A DNA stretch of 64,000 nucleotides. It comes from a virus. Of this stretch, positions 48,996-58,266 are shown one piece after another. A program made the translations under genes and the position numbers. Below the pieces are notes generated by a model. It was not told where the DNA came from. It did no database searches and worked only from the letters and a program-made list of their open reading frames with translations. The stretch lies in IMG/VR virus record IMGVR_UViG_3300044627_003356. The stretch is one strand, 5' to 3'. How positions within the stretch are numbered: position 1 is the stretch's first letter; each line of letters opens with the position of its first letter.

Positions 48996-49630
48996 GATTT
49001 TATGATATTTCTAAAACTATTTTTTGAAAGTGAATCACACAATTCTTGAAAAGAAGGATTTCCTTCAAATTTTGTTTGTAATACAATTCTATCTTTGGGG
49101 CCAGAACAAACATAACTATGAAAAACATCTGTATTCACAACATACACATCACCAACTTCTGTTCGGAGTTCTTCTGTATAAGGAAAATTTTCAAAATCTT
49201 CTATTGCGTGAGCATTTCTGGTATAATTTAATTCAATTTTTGCCGGCACATCACCAAATTTATAAACATCTTCATCTTTATGCCAACGCACCCAATCATT
49301 ATCATTACAGTTTATTGCAATATTTAATGCTGCTTTATCGTTAATACCATCTTTATGTATTAAAAATTTAGATCCAGCTGGTGTATAAAATGCTTTTTGA
49401 TTGTAATAATTTTTTTTATGTGCCATTTCACCAACCCCGTTGGCGATTAATCTGACATACAAATTATAATTTTCAAATATTTTTAAAAACTCACAATTCA
49501 AATTATACGTTAACCATATCCATTGATTTTTTGATTTTTTCGGATCTTTTAACTTTAGTATTTCTTCACGAAAAAAATCAATCGTTTCTTTAGGTAATTT
49601 GCCTAATTTTTTATAATTTTTTGGCATCAT
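48992..49630 (-). CDS. 2OG-Fe(II)/cupin dioxygenase-like protein
   Basis: IHKDG...AALNI......VRW...VVNTD.FHS......R. Confidence 0.6.
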   Translation of the reverse strand: MMPKNYKKLGKLPKETIDFFREEILKLKDPKKSKNQWIWLTYNLNCEFLKIFENYNLYVRLIANGVGEMAHKKNYYNQKAFYTPAGSKFLIHKDGINDKAALNIAINCNDNDWVRWHKDEDVYKFGDVPAKIELNYTRNAHAIEDFENFPYTEELRTEVGDVYVVNTDVFHSYVCSGPKDRIVLQTKFEGNPSFQELCDSLSKNSFRNIIKS

Positions 49631-50582
49631 GCAATATATTTCTTTCTCTTTTCCAATCAGTCGTAATGTATAACGGCATTCTTTCTAGAATTTGTGTTGG
49701 TGTTCTATATGATCTCCAAGAATGAAGTTTAATTTTTTCTTTTGTATATTCGTCATCTTTGGTGAACTCATATAGTTGTTTTTTTAATGGTAACTTATAA
49801 TTTTTAAACTCATATCCAGGATATTTATTTTCAGCTGAAGTGGATACGGCATAATCATTCCAATCTGATGTACCACCAAAATGAAATAAATTTTTATCCA
49901 AAATCATTTCATCAATCTCCAACAACCACATCAATTGTTCTGCTTGGTAATTCAATGCATAATCTAACCACCAAAAGAAATCTTTAACGTCCACAATTTC
50001 TCTTGGGCAGGCCTGTATTAATCTAGTATAGTTCTCCTGTGAGAATTTGTCAACCTCTTTAAGAAAGTCTGCCATTTTTTGTGAAAGTTTACTTTGAGGC
50101 ATAGTTCTATACATTCCAGCACCAAACACAGGATCCAATAAATGGCCAGTAACAATGATGCCATCTTTTAATGAATTTTTTAAAGAATTGGTCGTATAGA
50201 AATCCATTTGGCGAATTTCTAATTGGTCTTTAATATACTTTTCATAATATTCAGAATACTCCCTAATTGAGTTATCGTTCATCATTACAGCTATCTGTTC
50301 TTTGGGAGCAATCTTTAATAATTCAGATAATGTTAATGTAGAATCAATACCTCCACTCCAAGTTACAACTATTTTTTTTGAACCAGCGGCATTCACTATT
50401 TTTTTAGCTGAATCGTAACAAAGTTCTTCAACGGTTTTTGGTGTACAGAGTTTACCAATAGGTGTAATTGTTTCAATCTCAGGCAAATCAAACATTTTAC
50501 CTGTTCTGTCGTGTGCTGTAAAAATAACGATTGGATTTTTTATAGCAGGATTTATACCCCAATGGTAAAAATACTTTTTCAC
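49611..50582 (-). CDS. PP-loop adenine-nucleotide alpha-hydrolase (WSGGIDST family)
   Basis: DRT; V.WSGGIDST; SI.EY; TG...D..FG; DF.WW; K.PLK...Y.FTKD..Y...K.K..S. Confidence 0.75.
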   Translation of the reverse strand: MKKYFYHWGINPAIKNPIVIFTAHDRTGKMFDLPEIETITPIGKLCTPKTVEELCYDSAKKIVNAAGSKKIVVTWSGGIDSTLTLSELLKIAPKEQIAVMMNDNSIREYSEYYEKYIKDQLEIRQMDFYTTNSLKNSLKDGIIVTGHLLDPVFGAGMYRTMPQSKLSQKMADFLKEVDKFSQENYTRLIQACPREIVDVKDFFWWLDYALNYQAEQLMWLLEIDEMILDKNLFHFGGTSDWNDYAVSTSAENKYPGYEFKNYKLPLKKQLYEFTKDDEYTKEKIKLHSWRSYRTPTQILERMPLYITTDWKRERNILHDAKKL

Positions 50583-50752
50583 AAGATACCTTCTTTTTTT
50601 AGAAAATCAATAGATTCGGTTTTACCTAACCACACATGAGATGGAAATTTAATATTTAAGTTATAATTTTCTGGTGGAGGAGAATACAGATGAGAAAACC
50701 TATAATCTTTTAAATCTTCTTCTATATTAGTGGGACATTCATTGTTTACCAT
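50579..50752 (-). CDS. 57-aa hypothetical protein
   Basis: Not in ORF track; MVNNECPTNIEEDLKDYRFSHLYSPPPENY...FPSHVWLGKTESIDFLKKEGIL*; TGA overlaps GTG of the next gene. Confidence 0.55.
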   Translation of the reverse strand: MVNNECPTNIEEDLKDYRFSHLYSPPPENYNLNIKFPSHVWLGKTESIDFLKKEGIL

Positions 50753-51458
50753 GTTCTATTACCTTTATTAAAATACCACCCAAATCAAAAAATTCTGGCC
50801 GGTGATTGAAGATATATCTTTTAGCATTGTTGTGATGTTCTTTATGTATCCATTCACCTGCCATTGGAATAATGAATTCCATGTACCACAAATTTTGTGG
50901 TTCTCCATTTTTATGAGCATAGATGGTTTGTAAACCACTAGTAACAAGATATGTTGAAATTGGTAAAGCAAAACCGTATAAAAAAAGATTGCTATCAATA
51001 ACAAATAACATTATACCTGCCACTAAAAATAAAGATAAAGAATGATTCATTAAAAATCTGTGCATTGGATCACGCATCATCTTCAATTCATTTTTCCCTG
51101 CCACAATATTATTTCTTTCTTTAAATCTTAAAAAATATTTAAAGTTGCTTTCATATGGATCCATAGGTGTGTCAGAATATCGATGATGGGTACGATGAAC
51201 AGCAGACCAAGAAACTGGAGAAGAATTTAAAGTGATTGCACCAAATAGTCCAAAAATCCAATGCCATACTTTGGAACAAATAAATGCGTTATGACAAAAT
51301 AATCGGTGATAACCAACTGTTACTGTGATAGCAATACAGAGATAAACAAAAAAAGATAATACAAACCAAAGAAAGTTTGTGTTAGTTGTGTATACTAAAA
51401 TTAATATTGGTAAAAGCATCCATGCACCTATGGTTCGGTGCCAAGATTTGGTTTTCAT
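50739..51458 (-). CDS. membrane fatty-acid desaturase (delta-9-like)
   Basis: His boxes GYHRLFCH, HRTHHRYSDT..DP, GE..HKEHH; TM helices; start set at the ATGA overlap. Confidence 0.88.
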   Translation of the reverse strand: MKTKSWHRTIGAWMLLPILILVYTTNTNFLWFVLSFFVYLCIAITVTVGYHRLFCHNAFICSKVWHWIFGLFGAITLNSSPVSWSAVHRTHHRYSDTPMDPYESNFKYFLRFKERNNIVAGKNELKMMRDPMHRFLMNHSLSLFLVAGIMLFVIDSNLFLYGFALPISTYLVTSGLQTIYAHKNGEPQNLWYMEFIIPMAGEWIHKEHHNNAKRYIFNHRPEFFDLGGILIKVIEHGKQ

Positions 51459-51955
51459 GTGAAAAATAATCCATAACAATCTTTATCTAAAGCTTGAACT
51501 TCAACATCTCCACTACGGACTCGCACTTGACATGGTCCTGTAAATATCTTTGTATTAATTTCGAATTGACCTCTGGCCAACCAGAAATTGGTTTTATTGG
51601 TAAAATTTGTTTTTTCACCTGATTTTAAAACTAACGATGAAAGATTTGGCAAACCATTTTTATTATGTTTATGTGATATACAAACCCATTCTGTTTCTAC
51701 GGGAAATGATAATAATAAATTTCCTGTTGAATTTGCTTTAGCATCAGGATGTTCATAATTCAGCCAACCAGGAATCCTGTCCTGAAGTTCTTCATTTGTT
51801 TCAATGACTTTTACCTTGGCCAAACCTTTTGTGTAGAAATAATATCCTGATGTTACAAGTCCATCAACACCCAACTCAACAACTCTTTCATCACCTACAT
51901 CCGCTTCAACAACAAAAACGGTGTAACCAAAAGCTGCATAAGGTTTCATTTTCAT
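51455..51955 (-). CDS. hypothetical beta-rich protein
   Basis: 166 aa, coupled within the operon. Confidence 0.6.
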   Translation of the reverse strand: MKMKPYAAFGYTVFVVEADVGDERVVELGVDGLVTSGYYFYTKGLAKVKVIETNEELQDRIPGWLNYEHPDAKANSTGNLLLSFPVETEWVCISHKHNKNGLPNLSSLVLKSGEKTNFTNKTNFWLARGQFEINTKIFTGPCQVRVRSGDVEVQALDKDCYGLFFT

Positions 51956-52344
51956 ACAGTTGCTCCAGCCATTTCAGATAAAGTTCTTTGAATTGCAACA
52001 GTAATTTTTACTCTATACAATTCAGCGAAATCAAAATTATCAATAGTTGAGATTTGATATTGGCCAGGAACTGGTTGAACATTTGTAAATCTTTCACAAA
52101 CTTGTTGTTTTCCAATTGATTCTTCTATAAAAGATAAATCAGCATCAGTAACAGATTGAGCTTTCATATGTTCAACTGTTGGAGCATATTTTTTAATAAT
52201 TTCTTGCAAGTCGGAAAGGCTTTCTGGTAGCGGTGAAGTTAGTCTAATGAAAGCCCAAGTACCATCTCCAAAAGTAACTTTCAAAGTTTTGTTTTCTTTA
52301 TTGAATTCTTCAATTTTATATTGTAAAATAAAAACATCGTTCAT
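51952..52344 (-). CDS. hypothetical protein (possible adhesin chaperone)
   Basis: 130 aa immediately downstream of the Gly-rich adhesin. Confidence 0.55.
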   Translation of the reverse strand: MNDVFILQYKIEEFNKENKTLKVTFGDGTWAFIRLTSPLPESLSDLQEIIKKYAPTVEHMKAQSVTDADLSFIEESIGKQQVCERFTNVQPVPGQYQISTIDNFDFAELYRVKITVAIQRTLSEMAGATV

Positions 52345-52345
52345 T

Positions 52346-53350
52346 TTATGCTAATCCTCCAGCTACTGTTCCACTATTATTTAATGTTACTGAGTTTATG
52401 CCTTTAACGAGATATCTACCAGCAGATCCAGCTGCATTTCCACCAGCGCCACCTGAACCAGCAGAACCAGCGCCATTATTACCGGAAGATCCTGTACCTC
52501 CGGTACTACCAGACCCACCATTAGTTCCGGCCGCACCAAATGCTCCTCCAGCACCACCAAGCCCCCCCGTGCCGCCTGTACCTCCAACACCTGCATTTGT
52601 GCCACCAGCAGCACCAGCGTTTCCTCCTGCACCACCAACACCATTGGTAGAAGCTTGATTATACCCTTGGCCTACTCCACCAGATCCTCCAGCTCCACCA
52701 GATCCTCCAGCTCCACCACTTGTAAAAGTTCTATTATATTGATTAAAAAAGTTTGTGTTTTTAGCGCAAGAAACACCTGTATCGATAGCGTAAGTATAAC
52801 CACCTGGATTACCACAAGTTTGTGTTATAAAAGTATCAAAAAATCCTGGTCCACCTTGGCCACCTGTGCCACCAGTACCACCAGAACCACCACCGCCGCC
52901 ACCACCGTAAATAACAGCTCCCGATTTATTGTTAATAACAACGGTTTGATTTCCGAAATTAGCATTTATTGCATCACCACCAACTGAGCTTCCTGCTCCA
53001 CCAAATCCTTGGATTGCTCCATAGTTATTGATAATACACGTTGATCCTGTTGGAAATTGGCCAAGTGTTAAAGCTGTTGTGCCGGATCCACCAATCACCC
53101 TTGCTGTATCAACAAGGACTTTATATGTGGCTACCGTAGCGGGAGATGATAAAAAACTATAAACATTTAAATTTGTTGTGTTTGATGCATATCCAGTACC
53201 TCTGGCAGAATTTGTATCAATTGCACCAGCCAACTGGTCGGCTAACTTTCTAAACGTATCATCATTCCAACTGAATTGAGCGGTAGATGACCTACCCAAT
53301 TCAGTATTAATTTGAGATGCGGAAATTGCGCCTGTGATAGATAATGGCAT
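52346..53350 (-). CDS. glycine-rich gp38-like adhesin
   Basis: IINNYGAIQGFGG; VINN.SG.VIYGGGGGGG; GG.GG.GG runs; C-terminal NNSGTVAG; CATAAATA at 53377-53384. Confidence 0.65.
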   Translation of the reverse strand: MPLSITGAISASQINTELGRSSTAQFSWNDDTFRKLADQLAGAIDTNSARGTGYASNTTNLNVYSFLSSPATVATYKVLVDTARVIGGSGTTALTLGQFPTGSTCIINNYGAIQGFGGAGSSVGGDAINANFGNQTVVINNKSGAVIYGGGGGGGSGGTGGTGGQGGPGFFDTFITQTCGNPGGYTYAIDTGVSCAKNTNFFNQYNRTFTSGGAGGSGGAGGSGGVGQGYNQASTNGVGGAGGNAGAAGGTNAGVGGTGGTGGLGGAGGAFGAAGTNGGSGSTGGTGSSGNNGAGSAGSGGAGGNAAGSAGRYLVKGINSVTLNNSGTVAGGLA

Positions 53351-53388
53351 TTGTGTTTTTTTTAGTTAATAATGGTTATTTATGTCAA

Positions 53389-54147
53389 TCATTCCTGATC
53401 TTCGATCTTCAATTTGGCCAAAATATACTCTTTTACAAGACTACTACGAACAATATCGTCAGCAGTAAATTCAATCTTGGTAAAAGCGGTCATGTGCATG
53501 GCAATATCAAAGAATCTTAATATGCCCGACATATCATTCTTGCGTTTATTTAAATCAGTCTGGCGATAATCACCACACCATAATATCTTTGACCTGTAAC
53601 CTACTCGTGTCATTACAGTATCAATTTCTTCAAAGGTTAAGTTCTGCATCTCATCTACAAGAATAATGGCATCATCAAATGACATACCACGAATGAATGA
53701 TGTAGAGATAAACTCAATGTGACCTTGTTCAGTTAATCGTTGATAAGCATCTTTACGACCAAAAAGTGTTTCACAAATTTGTTGATATGGCTGTTGAAAG
53801 ATTTCCATCTTCTCAGATACATCACCTGGTAGATGGCCAATCTCTCTTGATTGTACGGCTGACCGAACAATAATAATCTTATTGAATGGATTGGATTTAT
53901 CCAATACTTCTTCTAGTGCTTTGTATAAGGCACAGAATGTTTTACCTGTACCTGCAACACCATGTAATGCAACAAAGTAGTCCCCTTGTTTGTATGCATC
54001 AAAGAAAATCTTTTGGTTATCTGTTAATGGTTCAAATGTTTTTAAATCATCAATACGGACTTTTAATGCGTTTGTCTGTCTATTGTGTGGTTCTTTGTCG
54101 TGCGGTGTTGCCACATCAGGTAGAACTCTTTTTTTGGTCGCCATCAA
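53389..54147 (-). CDS. phoH: PhoH family protein
   Basis: PLT.NQ; G.AGTGKT; RS.V..REIG.LPG; SF.RG..FD.....DE.QN; TRVG..S.I..CGD..Q.D; DIVRS.LV. Confidence 0.95.
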   Translation of the reverse strand: MMATKKRVLPDVATPHDKEPHNRQTNALKVRIDDLKTFEPLTDNQKIFFDAYKQGDYFVALHGVAGTGKTFCALYKALEEVLDKSNPFNKIIIVRSAVQSREIGHLPGDVSEKMEIFQQPYQQICETLFGRKDAYQRLTEQGHIEFISTSFIRGMSFDDAIILVDEMQNLTFEEIDTVMTRVGYRSKILWCGDYRQTDLNKRKNDMSGILRFFDIAMHMTAFTKIEFTADDIVRSSLVKEYILAKLKIEDQE

Positions 54148-54171
54148 ACTTCCCTTGTTGTTAGAAATCGT

Positions 54172-54450
54172 TTACCACTCCCTAGGCTTCTTTGTCTTAT
54201 GACCAGACATTGTATTACCAGGTATTGTATCTTTCATTCGCTGAATCACACCGTGTTCAAATGCCGCATGAGGTTGGCCAATGCCTGGAACCGACATACG
54301 AGCACCATCACCAAAGATGGGAAGGTTATCAGCCGAGTGGTATCGTGTAAGATGTGGATTGTCTTGCAGAAATTGATCCAACACCGTGTAAGACATACGG
54401 TGCTCTTCAATTGTATCTGTTTGTTTATTTAAAAAATCATATGCAGGCAT
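54172..54450 (-). CDS. FmdB-like conserved phage protein
   Basis: MPAYDF.N..T....E..MS......F...NP; start taken at 54450. Confidence 0.55.
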   Translation of the reverse strand: MPAYDFLNKQTDTIEEHRMSYTVLDQFLQDNPHLTRYHSADNLPIFGDGARMSVPGIGQPHAAFEHGVIQRMKDTIPGNTMSGHKTKKPREW

Positions 54451-55019
54451 TATGCGGCTTTCTTCATGATCATATTTGTTAACCATTTAGGTTCTGGTCT
54501 ACTATTTATCTTACCTTTCCATGACCACATACGTTGTTTTTCATTAAAGTAATAATTGTGGTATGACTGTAATGAATTACCTGGTACTTTGCAATAGTCT
54601 GGCATGGCAGGTGTAGGACCAGTAAATGGTTTATTTGGAATATTGGTAGGTAGAACACCAAGGTCTGGTATCAAACGAGCACACGCATGAACCTTACCAT
54701 AACGATAGGTAAACTCACTCAATAGTTCACACCACATATTGTACAACCATAGATAGTTTTTGTCTGATTGGCGCACCCATATGGCGGATGGGTGGTTCAT
54801 CATTGTAGGCTTCATGAGGCGTTCTTCACGACCATCAGGCAGTCGCCATGCCTTAATTGAACGGTTATTGGCAGACAGTCTGCGGTATTCTTCACCGTCA
54901 AGTACACGATGTGTAGTGGAAAGTAACTGAGCATACTCGATTACCATTTTGCAAACGTGTTTGTCAAGGTGCATTTCAGCACAAATTTTGGGATCATTAT
55001 CTAGATAAAAAATATTCAT
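54450..55019 (-). CDS. pyrimidine-dimer DNA glycosylase-like protein
   Basis: MNIFYLD.DP..CA..H.DKHV.KM..EYAQLLST.H; NHPS..W.R....Y.WL; E...RYGK.H; AMPD. Confidence 0.7.
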   Translation of the reverse strand: MNIFYLDNDPKICAEMHLDKHVCKMVIEYAQLLSTTHRVLDGEEYRRLSANNRSIKAWRLPDGREERLMKPTMMNHPSAIWVRQSDKNYLWLYNMWCELLSEFTYRYGKVHACARLIPDLGVLPTNIPNKPFTGPTPAMPDYCKVPGNSLQSYHNYYFNEKQRMWSWKGKINSRPEPKWLTNMIMKKAA

Positions 55020-55306
55020 AGCATTCTAATTAAGCCGATTGTATCAATAGTGGTTAACAAAATGTAGTTAGCCAACATACCAAAAGATTTGCGAGTCCAT
55101 GAAGCCCAAGCATACATAGCACAGCCAAGAATCCAAATAGGATATAAAACCAGTAGCGGTGGGTTTGGAACGGTAAGTGCCATAGTAACAGAACAACCAA
55201 TACTAATAGCCCAAGCCAAGAGCTCCACAATAAAACGGGAACGACCACTTCGCCAATCATCACGAATCCAATCAAACAGGTTGTAAAATAAATCGTTCAT
55301 CATCAC
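55016..55306 (-). CDS. small membrane protein
   Basis: Three hydrophobic segments. Confidence 0.65.
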   Translation of the reverse strand: MMMNDLFYNLFDWIRDDWRSGRSRFIVELLAWAISIGCSVTMALTVPNPPLLVLYPIWILGCAMYAWASWTRKSFGMLANYILLTTIDTIGLIRML

Positions 55307-55620
55307 TCATCAGAACGAATCAGACTTTTCTTTCCGGAGAAAATAGAATCCAAATCATCTAAATCAAAAGATTGTCTTGCTTCTAAATCTAATTCACCAT
55401 CTTTTGATAAACTAAAATTATTTTTTTTAAACGATGAATCTTCATGTTTATAGATTTCCAAATTACCTTCAAAATGAAAACCACAACCACGTAAAAAGGT
55501 TTCAAATTCACCAATGACACTATCTAAACGGTCAGCATTAAACTCAAATGTTTTTTTGGTTGTGATTGATTCTCCAAAAGGACACGGATCTTCTTCACAA
55601 ATAAATGTAAACTTACTCAT
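55303..55620 (-). CDS. hypothetical protein
   Basis: EF.A..L..V...FE.FL.G.GF. Confidence 0.6.
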   Translation of the reverse strand: MSKFTFICEEDPCPFGESITTKKTFEFNADRLDSVIGEFETFLRGCGFHFEGNLEIYKHEDSSFKKNNFSLSKDGELDLEARQSFDLDDLDSIFSGKKSLIRSDE

Positions 55621-55886
55621 AGTTTTGGAATATCCAAAGATAGGTCTTTAGCTTTTGTTTTACCAAACTTCTTTGCAATATCTTCAGGCTTTACAGTTTC
55701 TAAAACGAATTGCTTAAACTCATTGTAATCATTTGAAACTTTCATTGAAACGGCACCGCCATGACCATCAGCCATAAACAATGCACAACCGCCACCAACT
55801 AATGGTGCAATTTCAACAATTGCTTCTAAATTAATAATTACGGGACACTTCTTATCTAACGAATTAACTTCAATCAACATAGTCAT
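55617..55886 (-). CDS. hypothetical protein
   Basis: 89 aa; SD AGGAG; overlapping neighbours. Confidence 0.6.
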   Translation of the reverse strand: MTMLIEVNSLDKKCPVIINLEAIVEIAPLVGGGCALFMADGHGGAVSMKVSNDYNEFKQFVLETVKPEDIAKKFGKTKAKDLSLDIPKL

Positions 55887-56050
55887 ACTTCTTCTCCTTT
55901 GGGTTCACGAATCTTTGCAAATTTAGCCAGTTTGGCGGACATCTCAGCTTCAATATATGATTTCTTCCATAGACTTCTTTTTTCTGATGTCATAGTAGCC
56001 AACATTCGTTTTGCTGATTTACTTAATTTAAAATCTTTATTTGGTTTCAT
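55883..56050 (-). CDS. 55-aa basic hypothetical protein
   Basis: Not in ORF track; MKPNKDFKLSKSAKRMLATM...; ATGA overlaps at both ends. Confidence 0.6.
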   Translation of the reverse strand: MKPNKDFKLSKSAKRMLATMTSEKRSLWKKSYIEAEMSAKLAKFAKIREPKGEEV

Positions 56051-56322
56051 TTAATTGCCTTAATGGTTGTGTCAGACTTATCACAATCTTTAACACGAAT
56101 CAAATAAACAGTTTCATCTGAATGTGGCCTAACAAAAAAACATCCACCTTTGATTGACCAAACTAAATGATGTTGAATACTACCTTCAGCTACATTAATG
56201 GTTGGGGGTTTACGAACAACATCAACCAAATTAAATATGGCAATAGCACACGAAAACAAAAGAGCAACAACAAAAATACTAATTGTGTTCTTGCCAACCC
56301 ACACATACAATTTATCAAACAT
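56047..56322 (-). CDS. hypothetical membrane-anchored protein
   Basis: 91 aa with N-terminal TM. Confidence 0.55.
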   Translation of the reverse strand: MFDKLYVWVGKNTISIFVVALLFSCAIAIFNLVDVVRKPPTINVAEGSIQHHLVWSIKGGCFFVRPHSDETVYLIRVKDCDKSDTTIKAIK

Positions 56323-56558
56323 TATATAATCCCTTTAGAATATAATACATACAGTATAACAGATACCACACCAAATGTCAAGAGGCCAATGGTAAAGAAC
56401 CAAGAAACTTTTCGGTAATATGCCACTTCAAGCTCCAACATATCACGCTGACCTAATAACATAGGTTGGCATTCATCTTCGCCACCCATTAGTTCTATGG
56501 TCTCTTTGGCGTTGGCCAATCGCTGTTTGGCCTCATATAAATAGTAATAAGATATCAT
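56322..56558 (-). CDS. hypothetical protein with C-terminal TM
   Basis: 78 aa; ATG 8 nt after a consensus -10. Confidence 0.55.
   Translation of the reverse strand: MISYYYLYEAKQRLANAKETIELMGGEDECQPMLLGQRDMLELEVAYYRKVSWFFTIGLLTFGVVSVILYVLYSKGII
56536..56543 (+). promoter_or_regulatory. late promoter TATAAATA for the plus-strand Bug island
   Basis: Exact motif about 60 nt upstream of the Bug ORF, inside the antisense gene. Confidence 0.55.
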
Positions 56559-56566
56559 GGTAGTAT

Positions 56567-56595
56567 ATTATATATTACTTCGTTTTAAATGTCAA
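56567..56595 (-). promoter_or_regulatory. consensus sigma70 promoter
   Basis: TTGACA-17 nt-TATAAT. Confidence 0.8.
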
Positions 56596-56602
56596 TAAGA
56601 AA

Positions 56603-57559
56603 ATGGTGGACTTTATGCTTAAGATTTTTATATTTTGTTTGTTTTTCATTTCATCACACTTTTCACATTCCAGTGATTTTAAAGATAAACCCATTACCAT
56701 AATTTCAGGTTTTTCTCCTGGTGCAACCGACCAAGCTTTAAGACCTTATATAGAAGCATTTGAGAAGAATGGTTATAAAATTGTGGTAGAACACAAACCT
56801 GGAGCAAATGGTATAGTTGCATTAAATTATTTTTCAAATAATGTTAAACCTGATGGGTATACATTGTTTGCAACTGCTTCTTCCATGTTTACTCTCGCAC
56901 CTATAGTTTCTTCCGACATTTTAAAAAATAATGGAGTTGATTTAATTACCACTATTGCCGCTGGTCCAATAGTTTTGGTTTCAAATAAACAATCGAATGT
57001 AAAAACATTAAAACAATTTCAAGATGATTTATTAAAGAATGATAACTCAATAAGCATTGCTTCACCAAGTTTATTTTTTGAATATGCCTCAAGATATTTG
57101 ATTAAAGAATCAACAAAACAATCAATTAATGTTCCAATTGTTAACTATAAATCTGGATCAGATGCTATTAAAGATGTTTTGGGTGGTCATGTAAAATATG
57201 GAGTTCTACAATTATCTGTAGCCACACCATTTATAAATTCTGGTGATATAAACATTATTGCAATAAGTGGAGAAAAACGATTTGTTAATTTACCAAATAC
57301 TCCAACATTTTCAGAATTTTTTCCCAATTTCAATTCAAATTTAGAAGCAAGCTGGGGTATAGCATTACCAAAAAATACAGACCCTAAAATTTATAAATTT
57401 TATCATGATTTTTTCACAAAAGTGGCTCGTGAAGAAGAAACAAAAGAAAAACTATTAAAAACTTTTATGATAATTCCCAATAATTACGTTGGCAAAAAAG
57501 CTTTTGAAAATAGAATTAATAAAGAATCTATAATGTGGAAATCAATTACAATAAAATGA
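56603..57559 (+). CDS. Bug/TctC substrate-binding-like protein (start may be 56615)
   Basis: Signal peptide; KPI.II.GF.PG.TD; VEHKPGANG..A; PDGYTL; YK.G..A..DV.GG.V; R...LP..PT..E; WG...P..T. Confidence 0.9.
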   Translation: MVDFMLKIFIFCLFFISSHFSHSSDFKDKPITIISGFSPGATDQALRPYIEAFEKNGYKIVVEHKPGANGIVALNYFSNNVKPDGYTLFATASSMFTLAPIVSSDILKNNGVDLITTIAAGPIVLVSNKQSNVKTLKQFQDDLLKNDNSISIASPSLFFEYASRYLIKESTKQSINVPIVNYKSGSDAIKDVLGGHVKYGVLQLSVATPFINSGDINIIAISGEKRFVNLPNTPTFSEFFPNFNSNLEASWGIALPKNTDPKIYKFYHDFFTKVAREEETKEKLLKTFMIIPNNYVGKKAFENRINKESIMWKSITIK

Positions 57560-58263
57560 ATGGTATTGAACAATATCTGTATCTCGTTGTTAACCGAGAA
57601 AATAATTTTATATACTCCATGTGTGACAATTGTTCAATAGCAAACGCATTGAGTAAAGGTTTTATAAATTCTTCTGTAATGGCCATTCCTTATACGTTAT
57701 TTAAAAGGCCTGCGACCGTTATTGACTATGTAAAAAATGAACATATCACATACAAGCTTGTTAATCAATTTATGTATGGAGGTAATAATTTAGAGTCAAA
57801 TTTAGGGGAAACTATAAAAAAAACAAACACAGGTAAACTTTTTGACATTGTTTTAATTGATACAAATTTACCGAATGACTGGATAAAAATAAGAAAAATT
57901 TGTAATACTCGTACAATTATACTGATCAATTTAGAAAACAAATTAAAACGTTACTTCGCTAGATATAAAGAATCTTTTTATGATGAATCTTTCTACAATT
58001 TTTTAACAAAAGAACTGGAAGAATGTTTTCCTACAGAAAATATTTTTTCCCCTTTAATTTTAGAATATGCAAAAATAATAAAATTAGAACCAAACGAAAC
58101 TTTTCAACATCTAAAAATGAAACATGATTGTTTTAAACTATGTATTTTTAGACATACGGCTTTATGGGAAAAATATGTTGATTTGGTAATCAAAACTGAT
58201 GAAGAAAAAAATGAATTATATCAAAATTTTGAGTTTGAATTGATGGGTATGAATAGAAATTAA
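57535..58263 (+). CDS. hypothetical protein (start likely 57556)
   Basis: 242 aa between Bug and PP-loop genes; ATGA-coupled. Confidence 0.6.
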   Translation: MEINYNKMNGIEQYLYLVVNRENNFIYSMCDNCSIANALSKGFINSSVMAIPYTLFKRPATVIDYVKNEHITYKLVNQFMYGGNNLESNLGETIKKTNTGKLFDIVLIDTNLPNDWIKIRKICNTRTIILINLENKLKRYFARYKESFYDESFYNFLTKELEECFPTENIFSPLILEYAKIIKLEPNETFQHLKMKHDCFKLCIFRHTALWEKYVDLVIKTDEEKNELYQNFEFELMGMNRN

Positions 58264-58266
58264 ACA

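Noticed and set aside
47832-50582. Calling the SGGxDS proteins QueC (7-deazaguanine DNA modification) or true asparagine synthetase
   Set aside because: No QueC C-terminal Cys zinc motif, no folE/queD/queE/dpdA in the window, and no glutaminase domain
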